From Oikopleura dioica (lineage: Eukaryota; Animalia; Chordata): a stretch of 64,000 nt of DNA. Where the stretch lies: contig OU015566.1 in assembly GCA_907165135.1 (NCBI GenBank), forward strand, positions 4,340,001 through 4,404,000, in the 5' to 3' direction. Made by a program: the position numbers and the translations under genes. Numbering within the stretch: position 1 is the stretch's first letter; every line of letters begins with the position of its first letter. The notes under the pieces were generated by a model. It was not told the origin of the DNA. It saw only the letters and a program-made list of their open reading frames with translations, and made no database searches. Shown here piece after piece: positions 34,976 through 48,963 of the stretch.

Positions 34976-35780
34976 ATTTTAATTCTTGCTGAAAAATGAA
35001 GACTTCTTTCAGGGGTGATCGTAATTTCTCTTGTACACATAGTCTGGCTATGAAACTTATATTTTTGGAATTGTCAGATCCTCCCGAATTAGTTAAGCCT
35101 AAAAACATTTGATAAAAATGAGATTTAGGGGTGAAATTATGAAAAATGTAAAAAGAATGGCCATTTTTGGTGCATTTTCGCGAAAATGCCCCTACTTTGA
35201 GGGGATTTTTGACCAATTTTTCTGGCGAAAATTTTTCTAGTTTTCGCCGCCTGATTTTTTCAACCCTTTTCTATCCACCAGTATACTCAGATTTTCCCTA
35301 TCTTATCCGGTTTTCCCGCATTTTTGGTCACGGAAATCCCGATTCTCGTCGACCCCCTTAAAATCGACAGTAACCGGATTTAAAAAATTTTATCAAAAAA
35401 CGTGGTTTGTTTTCGTCTCGGATTTGCCAAGTGCTTTTTCTACTGATAACAAAAAGAGCGATAATGTGGATTTGGCAAGTTTCGGGCTTTAATTTAAAAT
35501 TCCTGTGTGAATTTTGCGTGAGCTGAATATTCTAGTCTATGCAAGAGGTTCCTAAGAGCGCCGGATTCTTGCTAAATTGCAAATTGAATTTTTCCGAATT
35601 CAAATTTGGCCCGTAATAAGGGCACTTCCTACTCATGGATCAGCCTAAAAATGTCGACAGGAATTTTTTGGTTCAAGATGGCCAGACTAAGATGCGCAAT
35701 AAAATCTCTCGGGTAATGTTTTTGACCAAAATCGTGACCCTCGCGCGAATAACTGTAAGTTACAGATCATAAGAGCATAA

Positions 35781-36028
35781 GGGGAGGTGTCTGGAACCAA
35801 CAAAAATTTTGACAAATTTTGCGTAGGCGGCTACTCAGCTGCTGATTGGCTGGTTAGCCGTATCCAGGCTTCTGATTGTTTGAAAATTTCCATCAATTTT
35901 TAGGAATTTTTTGTGCAAATTTCCAACCAATCAGAAGCCTTGATTCGGCTTTCCGGCCAATCAGCAGCCTAGAAGCCACCTAAACAAAATTTGTCGAAAT
36001 TTTTTCGTCAGTTCCAGACACCAACCCC
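35781..36028. mobile_element. MITE family A, full palindromic copy
   Basis: gggg(a)ggtgtctggaaccaacaaaaattttgacaaatttt ... aaaatttgtcgaaattttttcgtcagttccagacaccaacccc, with mirrored ctgattgg/ccaatcag interior. Confidence 0.85.
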
Positions 36029-36301
36029 GTTACAGATCCAAAGATCACCCATTCAAAGATGTGACCTTCTTTTTTTGATTCGAATCCAGATTCAAGCTTT
36101 TTCATCAAAATATCGAATAAAAAATTTTTCTTCTACGAAAATCCTATCAAATTTATTTCAAAATATTCTCCCTGGGTTTCCCCGAAGCGTTCATCAAGAC
36201 AAATATTTTGCGGCATTTTAAGGATATAATTTGCGCCGCGGTTGTGTGTTGCATGTTGTCCGGCCTAACGTGGGAAATACGAAAAGGCACCACCCTTAGT
36301 C

Positions 36302-37374
36302 TCAATTTTGCGGGCTGGCTATTATCCTGACACTCTTCTCTCTTCTCTTATCAGTGGGAAAATTAGCGCTTGTCGCGGTCGAGAATCTCGCGAAGGATTT
36401 TGAGCAAAGAACTTTGCCGGACTTATTAAACATAAAAGATAAAATTTTGACTGTTTCTAAAGAAGTTTTCTTTTCAATTTTTAATGAGAGGAGAGTGATG
36501 TTGAGTCGGATAAAACAGGAAATTTGCTTGCCAAGCTCGAATTTGATGAAATCAGAATCAGGAGAACTTCGAATTTCTTTTGTTGAAAATATTTCTCCAG
36601 AAAACGGATCAATTTCTTCGACGATCCCCTGAAATCGTCGGGTACGACCTTAGTTTATGCCTGTTGGTAGTCTTGACTTTTGTTTTACCTATGACATTGT
36701 TCTTATTTGTCAGCTTAAGTATGAAGCTCTCGTCGCTTTTATCTTCAAGAGCAGATTGAAATTGCATCGTCCATTTTTCGCCAATGACGTTCCAGCAATC
36801 AGAGGAGAAAAACATAAGAAAAGGCTTTGAAAAGTTTTTTCTTTCAAACAAGTCATTCAAAAGCCTTTCTTGAAGTTTATACTCTGTCCACCAAGGCCAA
36901 GAAAGCGCAGAATATCATTGATATCATTCTCTTTCATTCGATCTCTTGGGCCTCCATTTCCAACTCGCCGATCATTCTCAAAATAGTGGCCTGCTCCGCC
37001 GACTGGGCCAAGTTTTTCTCCAAATTTTTAAGCTCTTTGTTTTTATTTTGTCTTGCCTTCATAAAGGCAGAAATAGGGATAATACTATAAATTACAATTT
37101 TTAATTTTCTGTATTTATTTAATAGTAAGCTGGTCATCCCTTTCCTGGTTTAGTAGATGGCCATTTATTTTCCAAATAAGTTGCTTTCTTTTTATAATTA
37201 TCCCTTTCTAGTTTGAGCAAGGAAAGTTCTTTTCTCAGCTTTTTGACCTCATTTCTCTGTTCTTCGTATTTCTTTGAAAGAAAATATAGATTTGATAAAA
37301 TGATAGTCTTACTTTTTGAAATCATCAAGTTCTACTTGTATATTTTTGTCTTCTGTTTCTCTGTTTTCATCCAT
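36302..37374 (-). CDS. Orphan coiled-coil protein, paralog of 25355-26558 (model has frame problems)
   Basis: MDENRETEDK... start and heptads KKYEEQRNEVKKLRKELSLLKLERD. Shared segments GGQSINFKK (vs GAKAVNFKR) and EEIDPFSGEIFSTKEI (vs EDIDRETGESSINKDV). Confidence 0.5.
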
Positions 37375-39469
37375 CTTTAAAAATGAAGGAAAAAGAGCGG
37401 CTTAGATTCTCATTCAGCCCATTAATACCTGGCTAAAAGAAAACAATACGCTCGTAAATATTTTCATCTCAGATTCTCCTTCAATCATTGCTTTAGAGAT
37501 ACAAGTCCAAAGTGCTGTGAACTCAACCGCAAGATGAACATTTCATCATCAGAAAAAAGTATCGCGTGACATAATTTCCCATGTTCTTTCCCGTCTTTCC
37601 CATGCTCATGCTTCATCTTTTTTCTCTTGGTGAAATATGTGCTCTGGAATTTTATTAAATTCTGACTAGAAAGTTATAATTTGTCATTTTTACGTTTGGA
37701 ATTTCAGAATTCTCATATCGACTGAAGGGAAGTTTAAAATTAAAATTTTTGTTTAAAAATTTAAATATTTAATGATCGTACAATTTCAATTCGCCAATTT
37801 CGGGGAAAAAGATGTATTTGGAAGAAGAGGGATAAAAATTGTATTCTGCGCCTTTTTCTCGCGAAAAAGTGATAAGTATTCATTTTTCGTCGTTTTCTTC
37901 CCCGGAAAAGTGACGCTCCACCGGGTGCCCTAACGAATATCACCTTAAATCTACGACATCATAGCTTGAAAAAGAAAAAATCAGCAAAACTTCGCCTTTT
38001 CATTAATTTTGAACAGGTTAATGAATTAGCAATAAGTCGAATGACGTGTGAAAGTTTCATCAACAAAACGAATAATTCAATCAAAACTTCATGTACCGTT
38101 TTTTTCTAGAGCCCTTCCTGTTTGAATCCTCAACACGAAGAACACGATTTGAGACTCATCCAAGTTCCTGTTTGTTCTCGTCATTTTTCTTCTTCCGAGA
38201 AAAACCAAAGCAAGAGGCTTTTTAACCCCTCACCGCTAGGATAGTATTTGTTGTGTCAAGGAAAAAATTGAGCTGTGAAAGGTGTCGCCCATTAAATGGA
38301 GTAAAGAGGTGTTTTGTAAACTGGCACTTTCGTTTGCCATTACGGGGAATCTGGTTCGATGAAGAGGGAAAAATCCGGTTCAGGATGGCGCTGAAGTTGA
38401 TGCAGGTTGTTTTGCTGAGATAGCGGCTCTGCAAGGGTTCATGCAATTGACAGCTTTTTTGTGGAGCCGAGAATTTCACCAACAAATTTTGCTCAAAAAA
38501 GAATGCTAAAAACCTGAGTCAAGGTCTGAAAGATGATACCGACAAAAATATTGACAATTTTCGCGTGGAAATTTTCTACCAATCAGAAGCCTGGATTTGG
38601 CTTACCGGCCAATCAGCAGCAGGATAGCCGCCCACGCAAAATTTATCGATTTTTTGTCGATTTCTCAATCTTTAGACCCTGACTCAGGTTTTAAAAACAG
38701 GTTTTTGAGCCAAGAAAAAATCTTTTGTCTCAAAAGTTTATTTAAAAGAACTCTTATTTGAGCCGAATAATAAGTCGCAATACGCGTGGCCATGTAAAAT
38801 GACGCCAAAAGAACAAGCAAATTGGGTGGATAATTTTCCGCAGACTCAGAATTGAGAATGGCGATTGTTGTTTTGGGCACTTGAGCATGTGGAAATTCGA
38901 TGCGCTCCGGGTTTATGCGGATGCGTTTTCTTGCGACTCTTTCAGAATGTTTCCTAGGCAGAGAGATAACAAACGGATCAGGATACTGATGGCCACTCGG
39001 AAATCAGACTCTTCACGTTGCCATAACCCCTTTCTTACGAGGAAAGATTTCGGGGGTCCTTATGAAATCCGAGGAATAAAGAAAAGACCGAAAAATACTT
39101 TTGACAGTTGAAAAATAAAATCAATATCCATATTATAATATATAATTATAATTAATAAAATAATAAATTTATAAAATAATAATTAATAAAAAATAATTCC
39201 ATATTAATCAAAAATAATATGGATTTCGAGCCAAAAATCATCGGAAAAACTTTCTTGTTCTTTGAAAATGGAAAAATAATTCGATGTAATTTTGAGTCGA
39301 TTACGGGCAAATTGTCATTTCCTGTTATGAAATAATAATCTCCGGAAAAAATGGCAACAGGAAATCGTTTGTCATGTTGCAACTAGCAAGATGAAGGATT
39401 CATGACGTACTTGTACGCTGCCCAATCAACGAAGATGCATATAACGAGGAAACCAAAAGAACACCAAAA

Positions 39470-39907
39470 GAAGTGATATTTTTCGGAGCCAATAAAATTG
39501 CTGCATTTGGCCTACCGGCCAATCAAAACCCATTCCATCAAAGCCGTTCCTTTGGTGTTTGATACTTTTTTGCTTGCTCGTTTGGGGTCTCGTCCTATCT
39601 GAATTGTTCTTTATCTTTGTTAAGGGTGTCAACATCGATTGAGTGAGGGTATCTCTCGTGAGTCGAACAATTAAAATCTCGTTTTACAGTTAACGCAGGT
39701 TCCAAAAACAAAAAAGAAGACACAAAAACGTGCCACAATCGATGTTGACACCCTTAACAAAGATAAACAACAATTCAGATAGGACGAGACACCAAACGAG
39801 CAAGCAAAAAAGTATCAAACACCAAAGGAACTGATTTGATGGAATGGGTTTTGATTGGCCGGTAGGCCAAATGCAGCAATTTTATTGGCTCCGAAAAATA
39901 TCACTTC
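39470..39907. mobile_element. Large near-perfect inverted repeat (about 172-bp arms, about 94-bp spacer)
   Basis: 39470-39641 is the reverse complement of 39736-39907. The inner part reads TTAA|GGGTGTCAACATCGATTG...CAATCGATGTTGACACCC|TTAA. Confidence 0.9.
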
Positions 39908-40006
39908 CTTATGTGTATGATACTTTCTTACTTCCTCCTTTGGTGTCTCGTTCTTTCTTAATTATTTTTTATCTTGGTTAGATTGGAAAAAAAACTTCCT
40001 GTTTCT

Positions 40007-40090
40007 TGGCTCGGCAACCTGTGAAAAAAACCTGAGTCAGGTCTTTTGCTCAGGTTGACTGACTCAGGTTTTCTACACAGGTTGCCGAGC
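40007..40090. mobile_element. Internally deleted MITE family B (termini only)
   Basis: ggctcggcaacctgtgaaaaaaacctgagtcagg ... ctgactcaggttttctacacaggttgccgagcc. Confidence 0.85.
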
Positions 40091-40708
40091 CGAAGCCTTA
40101 TCCTTTATTTCGGGGATATTTGAAAAAGCAGAAATAGTGTCAGAAATGGAAGAATTTCCGCCTTCCAAATAACAATTCCTCCATCTTTTTTTCTAGTATT
40201 ATTCGAAAAAGACTTGCATCTACGCGTGCTGATCGAATTATCCTCTCCCGAATACCAAAAATATACAACACTACGAAATCGTCTTCTGGTGCTAATAACA
40301 AATAAACCCGTCCCAAGTCAAAATAATCTTTATTTATTATTGTCAGCATTCCAGTTTTTTTTCATCAATTCTGTCGTAAGAGATTTGGCGCAAGAATTGA
40401 TCCCGTGACCTTTTTGGCCAGTTTTTCTGAGAGAGCAAAGAATGGACGATTTGATTTGTTTTCGTTGTTTTTTGGTAAACAAGTGGCCATTTCGGGGAAT
40501 AAAAATGGGTGGAACAGGACCTTCGCGGCAGGTCCGCTGTTTTTGACCAGTTTTAACGAGCGCGTGAGTGAAGCGAACTCCAACCACCTGATTGCCATAA
40601 AGACTTATATAAGAAAAGCGACGGTCCCAATTTGATTTCTGAAGAAAACTAAAGAAAGAGAGCGAAAAAAAGATGACCATTGGTAAGAAAATGATGATTT
40701 TTTGGTAA

Positions 40709-41195
40709 CCGGTGCAAATAATTCGTTAGAACGAATAATTCGTTTTCCTTACGAATAATTCGTTACATACCGAATAATTCGTTGTTTCCAACGAATAATT
40801 CGTTTTTTTAAAACGAATAATTCGTTTGTTTTTGTTTTCAAGCCTAACCCTCACCCTAACCCATAAACCTAACCCTAACCCTAACCTAGCATAACTACTA
40901 CCCAACTACATAAATCAGGGTATATATGCGCTCCGCGCCTGATTACAGAGATAAATAAAGAGCTGTCTTTCTTTCAGCCGCACCTTTAGTCAGTTCTTTA
41001 TGAAAAATTGAGTTGTGAACCAAGCGGGAGAACCGCCTTTCAAAACGAATAATTCTGTAACCCTAACGAATTATTCGGTAACCCTAACGAATTATTCGTT
41101 TTAAACGAATTATTTTTACGAAAAATAGCTGTTTTCCCTTGAAAATAATTCGTTAGGGCAACGAATAATTCGTTGCAACGAATTATTTTCACCGG
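40709..41195. mobile_element. Foldback element with (AACGAATAATTCGTT)n arms and internal telomere-like (TAACCC)n
   Basis: TIR ccggtgcaaataattcgtt / aacgaattattttcaccgg (18/19 match); cctaaccc repeats at 40843-40887 and taaccctaacgaattattcg units at about 41057-41090. Confidence 0.8.
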
Positions 41196-44100
41196 CGACG
41201 GATTTTTTCAGCGAAAGGTGGAATTTCAAGGGGTTTTTTTTTCAAAATGACATTATGTACAGATACCCTTAAGGTTTTGACTTAGATTTTAGTTTTAATA
41301 ATTAAAGATAAATAATAATAATAAAATTTAAAATAGTTTTTGATGAACTTTTTTTTGAAATTTATATATTTCAAAACGGGCTTAAAAATGAACTAAAACT
41401 TAAGGGTATCACTGTAATTAATCAATGTTACTCAATTTTTTGCAAATAACTTGAAAATAATTTTTATTTTATTGCAGATTTTAGCATCATTTTCGAGAAG
41501 AGAAAGCTTATGTGAACTAGCGCGCTAGAAAATAGCAATGATTAGTTTTGTTTGACCCTTATCTTTTAGAATTCTTGTCGGCGACGAGACGCACTTGCGA
41601 CGCGCTGCAAATTACACAAAAGGGTTCTTCCGGCGCCGCAGCTAAAGAAAGAGAAGAAGCATTCATGACGACGAGTTTTGAGAAGATCGAATATCTTCGG
41701 AATATTCATCCGACTCTTGGCTGCTCGATTTAAAAACTGCAGAAAAAAATTCCTGCTTTTTTGATAAGCAATAAATTCGAATAATTTCAAAATTGACACC
41801 CTTTACTTCGGTCTGATAAAATAATTGTTATTTTATAAGGTTTAAATTATATAAATTTTAATTCATTGATAATTCTCCGACCCCAAATTAAAAACGAAAA
41901 ACCATCACTCCCTCCTCTCATCCTGCAAAAACCAAGCTCAGTAGCGCGATCCAGATCTGAGCGCAAAGGAGTGCGAGCGCCCTCTGAGCGACGCGCGATA
42001 ATGCGCAAAACGCAAAATGAGAGGAAAAAACTTTGCATGATTTTTTCTACGCCTTGTTTTAAATATATTTCTTTGAGAGAGATTTTCACACAAGAGATTA
42101 CCGAAAAATAAGAAAATTTGATTATCTGTAAGTTATCAATAAAAAAAATATTTATCCTAAAATTTTTAAAAAATATTTTTTTTTTCAATTTTATGATTTT
42201 TTATCATACAAAATATTAAATTTTTATTTTAAAAGAATTGAAAATAATTTGTTCGCAAAATAAATTCGAGCATGAATAGTCATTTCGGTATTTTAGAAAT
42301 AAGAAAGGTCAAATTTGTTCATTAAAAAATTTCTAAAAATTGCCCTCTCGTCAATTTTCGTGAGGCGCTCGTTCCGAAAATTTTAGAAACGCCGATTCTT
42401 GTCGAGCATTGAGCGAGTGCGTTTTCGCTAAAATAATTCTAGAGAGAGAGAGAGAGAGAGAATTTTGCGTTTGTCCAACTTGGCAAAACATGGAACTGTC
42501 TAACACGGAATAATCTCGCTAAATATTTGGATCAAGAAGGCGCAACAGGCTGAGATTACGTCAATTATCGGCTTTAATTTTTCGACTTCACGGATTTTTT
42601 TCTTAATAGGGACTTTTATCGATAAAAGGAAATAATGGCAGTTTTTAGCAAGAAGATGTCGTAGATTAAAGATGCTTTATTTATCTAAAAAATAGCTTCA
42701 AAAGGTCGAGTTATGTAAGCTTGGTATGTAAACGGGTTTAATGAACGGCTTCAAAAATATTCGAGCATAACTCAGGGCAGCTTTTAGTCGTTCCTCGTAG
42801 GATTTTTTTGGTTTTTTTTTCATTTTTATTATTTTAATTTGAATGGACGCTAGGGTTATTCTTGGTGGGTATTATTATTGTATTATTTACAGTCTGCCAT
42901 TAGATTCACAGTTCCCATAACAATGTTTATCAAACTAAAAACACTAAGAAAGTATTCGATAATTAAGGCTTTCAAAACACATTATTTCGGATAAATTAAT
43001 TGTTATTTAATTCTGTTGGATGCAAATATTCTCCAAAAGATAGTGTTTTTTGATAATAGAGGTCCTTTATATGATGATGGTACTTTGAATGAGGTAATCA
43101 TTTGAATCAATGTCACTCCTTATTTGTCAACCAAATCCTTAGTCTTCCCCTCTTCCATACCGTTTTTCGGGTAATATGATCAAGCCACATTTCGCCCTTT
43201 TTTATTTCAAAATTTTATAGATATCAAATTATTTTAAGTAAAAATTGTCAAATTTTGTGAAAAAGGACCATTTTAAGGACAACCCCCACCTCCGTCTTTT
43301 TTCAAAAATTAATTTTCGGATTCTAAAAATTTTCAATCCGGAAATCGTTCTACAGGTCAAGAAACGATTTTGAGGCTCGGTTTTTGGGCGTTTATCTCGA
43401 CCCTTTTACCCTTAAAATTGACTTTGAAAATTGGACTTTTCGCCGAGTTAATGAAGCAAGTTTAACCTGAGGACGCATTATCAACCAAAAATATGGTGTT
43501 TTAAAAATTCCCATTTTTCGAAGGAAAAAGCTGACGGTGGGGGGTCCTTAAGCGTCAAATATTCGAAATTGAGTTCAATTGAATTAACCCGCTACTTAGC
43601 CCAAATAAGCCACGGAAATTAATACTTTATTTAACACTCTAAAAATCCTAACTGTTTTATATTCAGCTCTCCACCTGTTCTCTGCAAAAAATGAATCTGT
43701 GCTCAATTCTTCGGCAGCTGCATCGGCTCGTCTTAAATGATTGAATTTAACCGTCCTTTTTGTTTAGAAGCTGATAACGCGCGCTGTTATTATCGATTAA
43801 ACTCGGCGGGAGACCAAAATTTTCGCCGACTATTTTGAAGATCTAAAATTTTTGAAACGAATTCGAGTGACTCTCGAATCGGACTTGAATTTTGTTTTTG
43901 TAAGAATTTCTTTTCTAAAAAATGATTAAATAATTTGAACAATTTTATTGAAAATGATGATTTCGAAAAACTGCTGATTTTGCTTCTTCGTGGATTTTTT
44001 CGACACAAAAGAGTAGGCCCTTATTTTTTGAGAAATAATTTTTAAGATAAAAAGGGCGAGTTTTGAGCTAAAAAATAGGAACGGTAAAAATTTTCCTCTT

Positions 44101-45849
44101 TTTGATTTTTATTTTGACAATGATTTTTGAGACGAAAATGCATTGGGATGAGTCATTTTTAAAATTGTCAAAAATAAAAATGATTTTTTTACCCACAAAG
44201 AAGGGTGTTGAAATTGACTTTGAATTAATTTTTTATTGATTTTTTTATATTTTTTTTTATGAAAATTAAATATATAAATTTCATTTTTGCATCCGTCAAA
44301 GGACTGGATCATCAATTATTTCTAAATAATTTTAATTATAAATAATAATTATATTTTAAATAATTTATTTTTAAATAATTTTTAAATTTTTAATTTTTAA
44401 TTTATTAAAAAAAAATTTGGAATTTTTTTGATGAAACCATAAAGGAAACGTGATTAAATTTTCTATTTCTAAAATTGCAAAATATGCATTTCGCGAAACT
44501 CTGCATTTTGCAATGTCTAAATAACAAATTCTGTTTTCGGATTTTGAGTTATTTTTCTTCAAATCCGGAATGTAGAATTTTTTACGTCAGACGTTCTCCG
44601 GCGGACGCATAATCCAGATTTGGTTTCAACTAATCACCTCCTGTCTAAATATATCATTTTTTTGCTTTTAAAATTTTTTTGATGATAAAAAAGAGAAAGA
44701 GGAAAATTTGTATTGAAACCATTGTGGCCTAAGTCATGGATTTAAAAATTAATTTTTATAATAAAATATCATTTTTATAAAATTAAAATGAATAATTCTT
44801 AAATAATTTATAAAATAATTAATTCTACGAAAAATATAAAAATCGATTTTTTATATTTAAATTATCAAATATTTAATTGTTTCTTTTTATAATTATCTAT
44901 TTAATTTTTTGATAGAAAATTATTGTTTTTGATGAAAAAGCAGATTTTTGAATCCTTCCATTCTGAGTATGTATCGGTTGAGTAATATTTCATTATATAA
45001 AAACGATCAAGCTAGCCAGAACCCCTTATTTCGAATCCGTCCGTTTTCTACTTATTGCATTTAAATTGCCAGATTTCGCAAATTTCAAAATTTTGGACAT
45101 CAGAAAAAATGACTTTCAATTTTCGACTTTTTAGAAAATCAACCTTTTTTCTTGAAATTTATTGATAAATAATTCGGACGAAAAGGGCCTTATAATAAGC
45201 CTTAATTATTGAAAATCGCGACTTCGAAAAGTTAAGACTTTGAAATCAGGGGTTCTTAGCTGCTGATCTTTGATGATATAAGTTTATATGAAAAACGATC
45301 GGGCACAACCTGATCCGCGATCTGATGAGAATCAAGTCTAATTGAAATCTTTTGAAGGATAATCGGCGCGGTTCTAAAAGATAAATAGTAATTTGATTTT
45401 TCCATTGCCGTTTTTTGCAATGTGAGTTTCAAAATTATTGAAGAAAAAATTCCCTTTTGAACCGTTTTGAAAGACATTTAATCATCACAACCAGGCTGGT
45501 GTACACACACGTTGGAAACTTAACCCGCTGACAGGTTTGGGCCGAACAGGGCCACGTGACTCCATCTGGACTCTTCGCGCAAAAAAGCACTTCGCCACTA
45601 ACGCCCTTAATCTTTTCTTCTCACTAACTCTCTTTTAAGCCCTCTTTCGCTTTCTTTCGAAACAGCAGGAACGATGTGTATACCCTTAATGCATCCCTCT
45701 ATCCATCTCCATCGCGACCGCCCAATCAAAACGCGCCCCTCCCTCGTTCAACCAATCAGAAGCCCGAAAATCGACAAGAATGAAGGACATAGAACAGGAA
45801 CCCCTCCAGGCCCAAAACAAAATTTTGAAATCGAAAATTCCAAATTATT

Positions 45850-48800
45850 AGAAAAGGGGAAACGAAGAGCGTTTTGAAAGATATGGACGTGACGAAAAAG
45901 AAGGATGAGACGATGATGGTAATAACGAGGGAGGAGAAGAACGATGATTCGGATTCTGGACTTGATAGCTGCTCAATTGGTAAGTCCAATGCAAAAGGGG
46001 AAAGCTGAAAACTTAAGGATACCCCGTCGAATTGTCAAAATTTTCAAACAGCGTTTTCGGCCTCTATACCCTTAAAAGTCCGGAAGATTTTCTTATCAAA
46101 ATGTAGCTAGGGAAGAGTTCTAGAGTAAAAATGAGTTAACTTATTGATACCCTTAAGTAATCACTGTCAAATCGTCAAAATAAGGTTTCAAACAGTGATT
46201 TTGCACAGATACCCTTAAAAATTTAGAAGAAAAATTGACGATTGTTTTTTTGAAAAAGCCTCCTGAAACCGCTGTGCAGTATTTTTGTGATGTGGGTTCT
46301 TTGAATATCGTAAAAAGCGGGTCGGGCGCGGATGGAACCGCATGATGTAAAATTTTATTAAACAAATCATATCAACTACTTTTTTCTCAAGCTGCTCTGC
46401 GGAATTTTCCTGTTTTACAAATTTTCCCGTTTCGAAAAAGTTGAATGTTGAGCAAATTTTCTAAAAATAAATTCATTGCGCTAAAAATTTTCAATCAGAA
46501 AAAAATGGTTAAAGTGGAAACAAAGGTCGGTGAGTTCCACCCTTCCGGTCGTCACGTGGTCTCTCCACACGGATATCCCTCAAGCCGACATTTTGGTATT
46601 AAATCGCGGATTTTGAACCTCAACCCGCGTCGGGCTGATGGATTACCACGTATGGAAAGACAGTGATGACAAATTCTGTGGCCAACGATTTTCGGGATTA
46701 AAAAAACCTAAAAAAATATTTTTTTCTAATTTTTCTTTTCAGACTCCCAGAGAAATTCCTCGGAAGAATCATCGCCGGCTCAGGAAAAGGTCGGAATAAA
46801 AATAATTTTCGCAAAAAAATCGCAAAAAAATTTCGCAGAAAAATTGCAAAAAAAAATTCGCAAGAAAAACTTTGGTCAAAAAATTTCGCGGAAAAAATTT
46901 CGTTAAAAAAATTTCGCAAAAAAATTCCGCAAAAAATTCGCAAAAATATTTCGCAAAAAATTAACCTTGATAAGTCACCGAAGCTGTCCGAAAAGAAAGA
47001 AGTGCTCACACAAGCGCCCGTGAAACTAATCAAGCAAAGTGTGAAACTTGAAGAAATCAGGAGCACGTGGACTGGACGACGGCGACGGGTCCCACGCCTC
47101 GGCGTCTCCGCCCTAAGTTCTAAGCCAAAGATGGGCGCTGAGAATTTTTCAAACAAAAAATTATTTCATATTTCTTCCAAAGAAAAGCAGTACAAGTCTA
47201 ATTGAACGTAAATCTCTCAAGAACATAAATTCGCAAGATACGTAAGTCGGAAAGAACGATAAGCGCTCCCTCGAAATCGAAAAACCGCGAATAGAGAGTT
47301 GACCAAAACAGGGGCCAGATAGTTGCGGTATCAACACGCTCAAAATTCCTCCTTTCAGTTTCCGATACGTAGCATCCCAGATGCAGAATTTATTTATAAA
47401 TTAACATGAGCAAGAGAAAAATTTCACGAAAAAATCATTTTTGAAAGAAAAAATCAGAAATTTTTTTTGGAGAAAAAAATGCTTAGAGAATTTTTTTGAG
47501 AAAAAAATTTTGAGAATTTTTTTGAGAAAAAATATTTTGAGAATTATTTTTCAGAAAAAAGATATTTGAGAAAAATATTTACATAAAAAAGCGCGGCTTT
47601 TCAATCATTTTTTTCAAAAGCCGCAAAATCTTCCTATTTGCAAGAGTCACTTTTTCCTCGGAAATAGGAGAACTGAGGTTGAACCGTTTAGCACTCGGAA
47701 AAGTGATAAGATCTTGAGCTCCAAGCGAAACACTAGAATCTGGACACTTACCGCTTCTTAGGCCAGATAACTGCGGATTAGACCTTCTGAAGCGCGGGAA
47801 AAAAGCTGGCGCAAAAAACGAGGAGATACCACTTTCTTTAAAATACTCTTTTTATGTTGCTAAAACGGAATTATCTCTCAGCCCCTGGTAGACTATCACC
47901 GCGCTGCGGGAAGCCACCCAGCTGAGTTGTGTCGCCTGCTCTGGGCCGCTCATTAGAAGTTATGAGTTTGAAAAATGAAAAATGAAAGACCAATTTGCTC
48001 TTTGAATTTTCACGGGATTTTTCTCAAACTCGGAAAAAGACAGCCACTGATAAAGACGAATGGAATACTCTTCCTGAAAACGCGGGAGAAAGAAGAATTG
48101 AGGCAAAGAGGAAAGCCTTATCAAGATGTCAAGGATTGCGCAATGACAAGGTCGAATGTCGTGGCTGATTGGACGCTTGATCTTAAAGATCATCAGGTAA
48201 AATTTGAATTAGCATCTTGACGCCCATATTTTGGGCAGAAAAAAATTTCGACAACTTTTGCGTGGAAATTTTTAGCCAACCAGAAGCCTGGATTCGGCGA
48301 ACCGGCCAATAAGGAGCCGAGTAGCCGCCTACGAAAAATTTGTCGAAATTTTTTTGTCGGTTCAAGCCACCACCCCCTTATTTTCTTTTTTAGGACTATT
48401 GCGATCAGGAAATCGAATCAAATTTACACAAAAAACTCCAACTCCAAAACTCGAAAATCGTTTCAGAAGATTCGCTCTCGACTTCTGGAATCTCCGAAAT
48501 CTCATCGAGCTCGAACCAGAATTCCGACTCAAATTCCTCGAGCAGCTCTTTTTCAAAAAGCGATTCTTCGCGCGCCTCGACAAGATTTCAAAAAGTCGCT
48601 GAAAAAGTCAACTTTTCGGAAAAATTGAAAAAGATGAAGCAAAAGTTTTCGAAGCAATCCTCGCCGAAAAATCCGTTTGAAATCAAGGAGGACTTTACTC
48701 CACCGCCAAGCGCTGCGCCAAAGCCCCAGCTGCCAATCAAAAAGGAGGAGAATAAAGAAGGATTGAAGCTTTCTGTAGGGCAACAGCAATCCAAAATTTT

Positions 48801-48963
48801 GGTAATTTTTTCCCAAAAGCCATTTTTAGCAATTTTTCTAGCGACTTCATTGCGAACAATGCGTTTTAAAAGACAAGCCGCAGGACTTCCAAAGCGTTCT
48901 TTTCGTTTGTCAACTGTGAATATTTCCATGAGACGTTTTTTGAAAAACAATTTCTGTAAATAA
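45850..48963 (+). CDS. Probable multi-exon Ser/Lys-rich protein(s) of unknown function
   Basis: Phase-compatible exons: ...DDSDSGLDSCSI G|, |DSQRNSSEESSPAQEK|, |SPKLSEKKEVLTQAPVKL..., and a large exon from 48393 (DYCDQEIESNL...QQQSKIL). The start and some junctions are unresolved. Confidence 0.45.

Noticed and set aside
40843-40887. True telomere or chromosome-end fusion
   Set aside because: The tract is short, degenerate and enclosed in a TIR element, with genes on both sides.
42500-43200. TM-like and coding-like fragments in AT-rich DNA
   Set aside because: They are interrupted by in-frame stops and have no coherent splice model.
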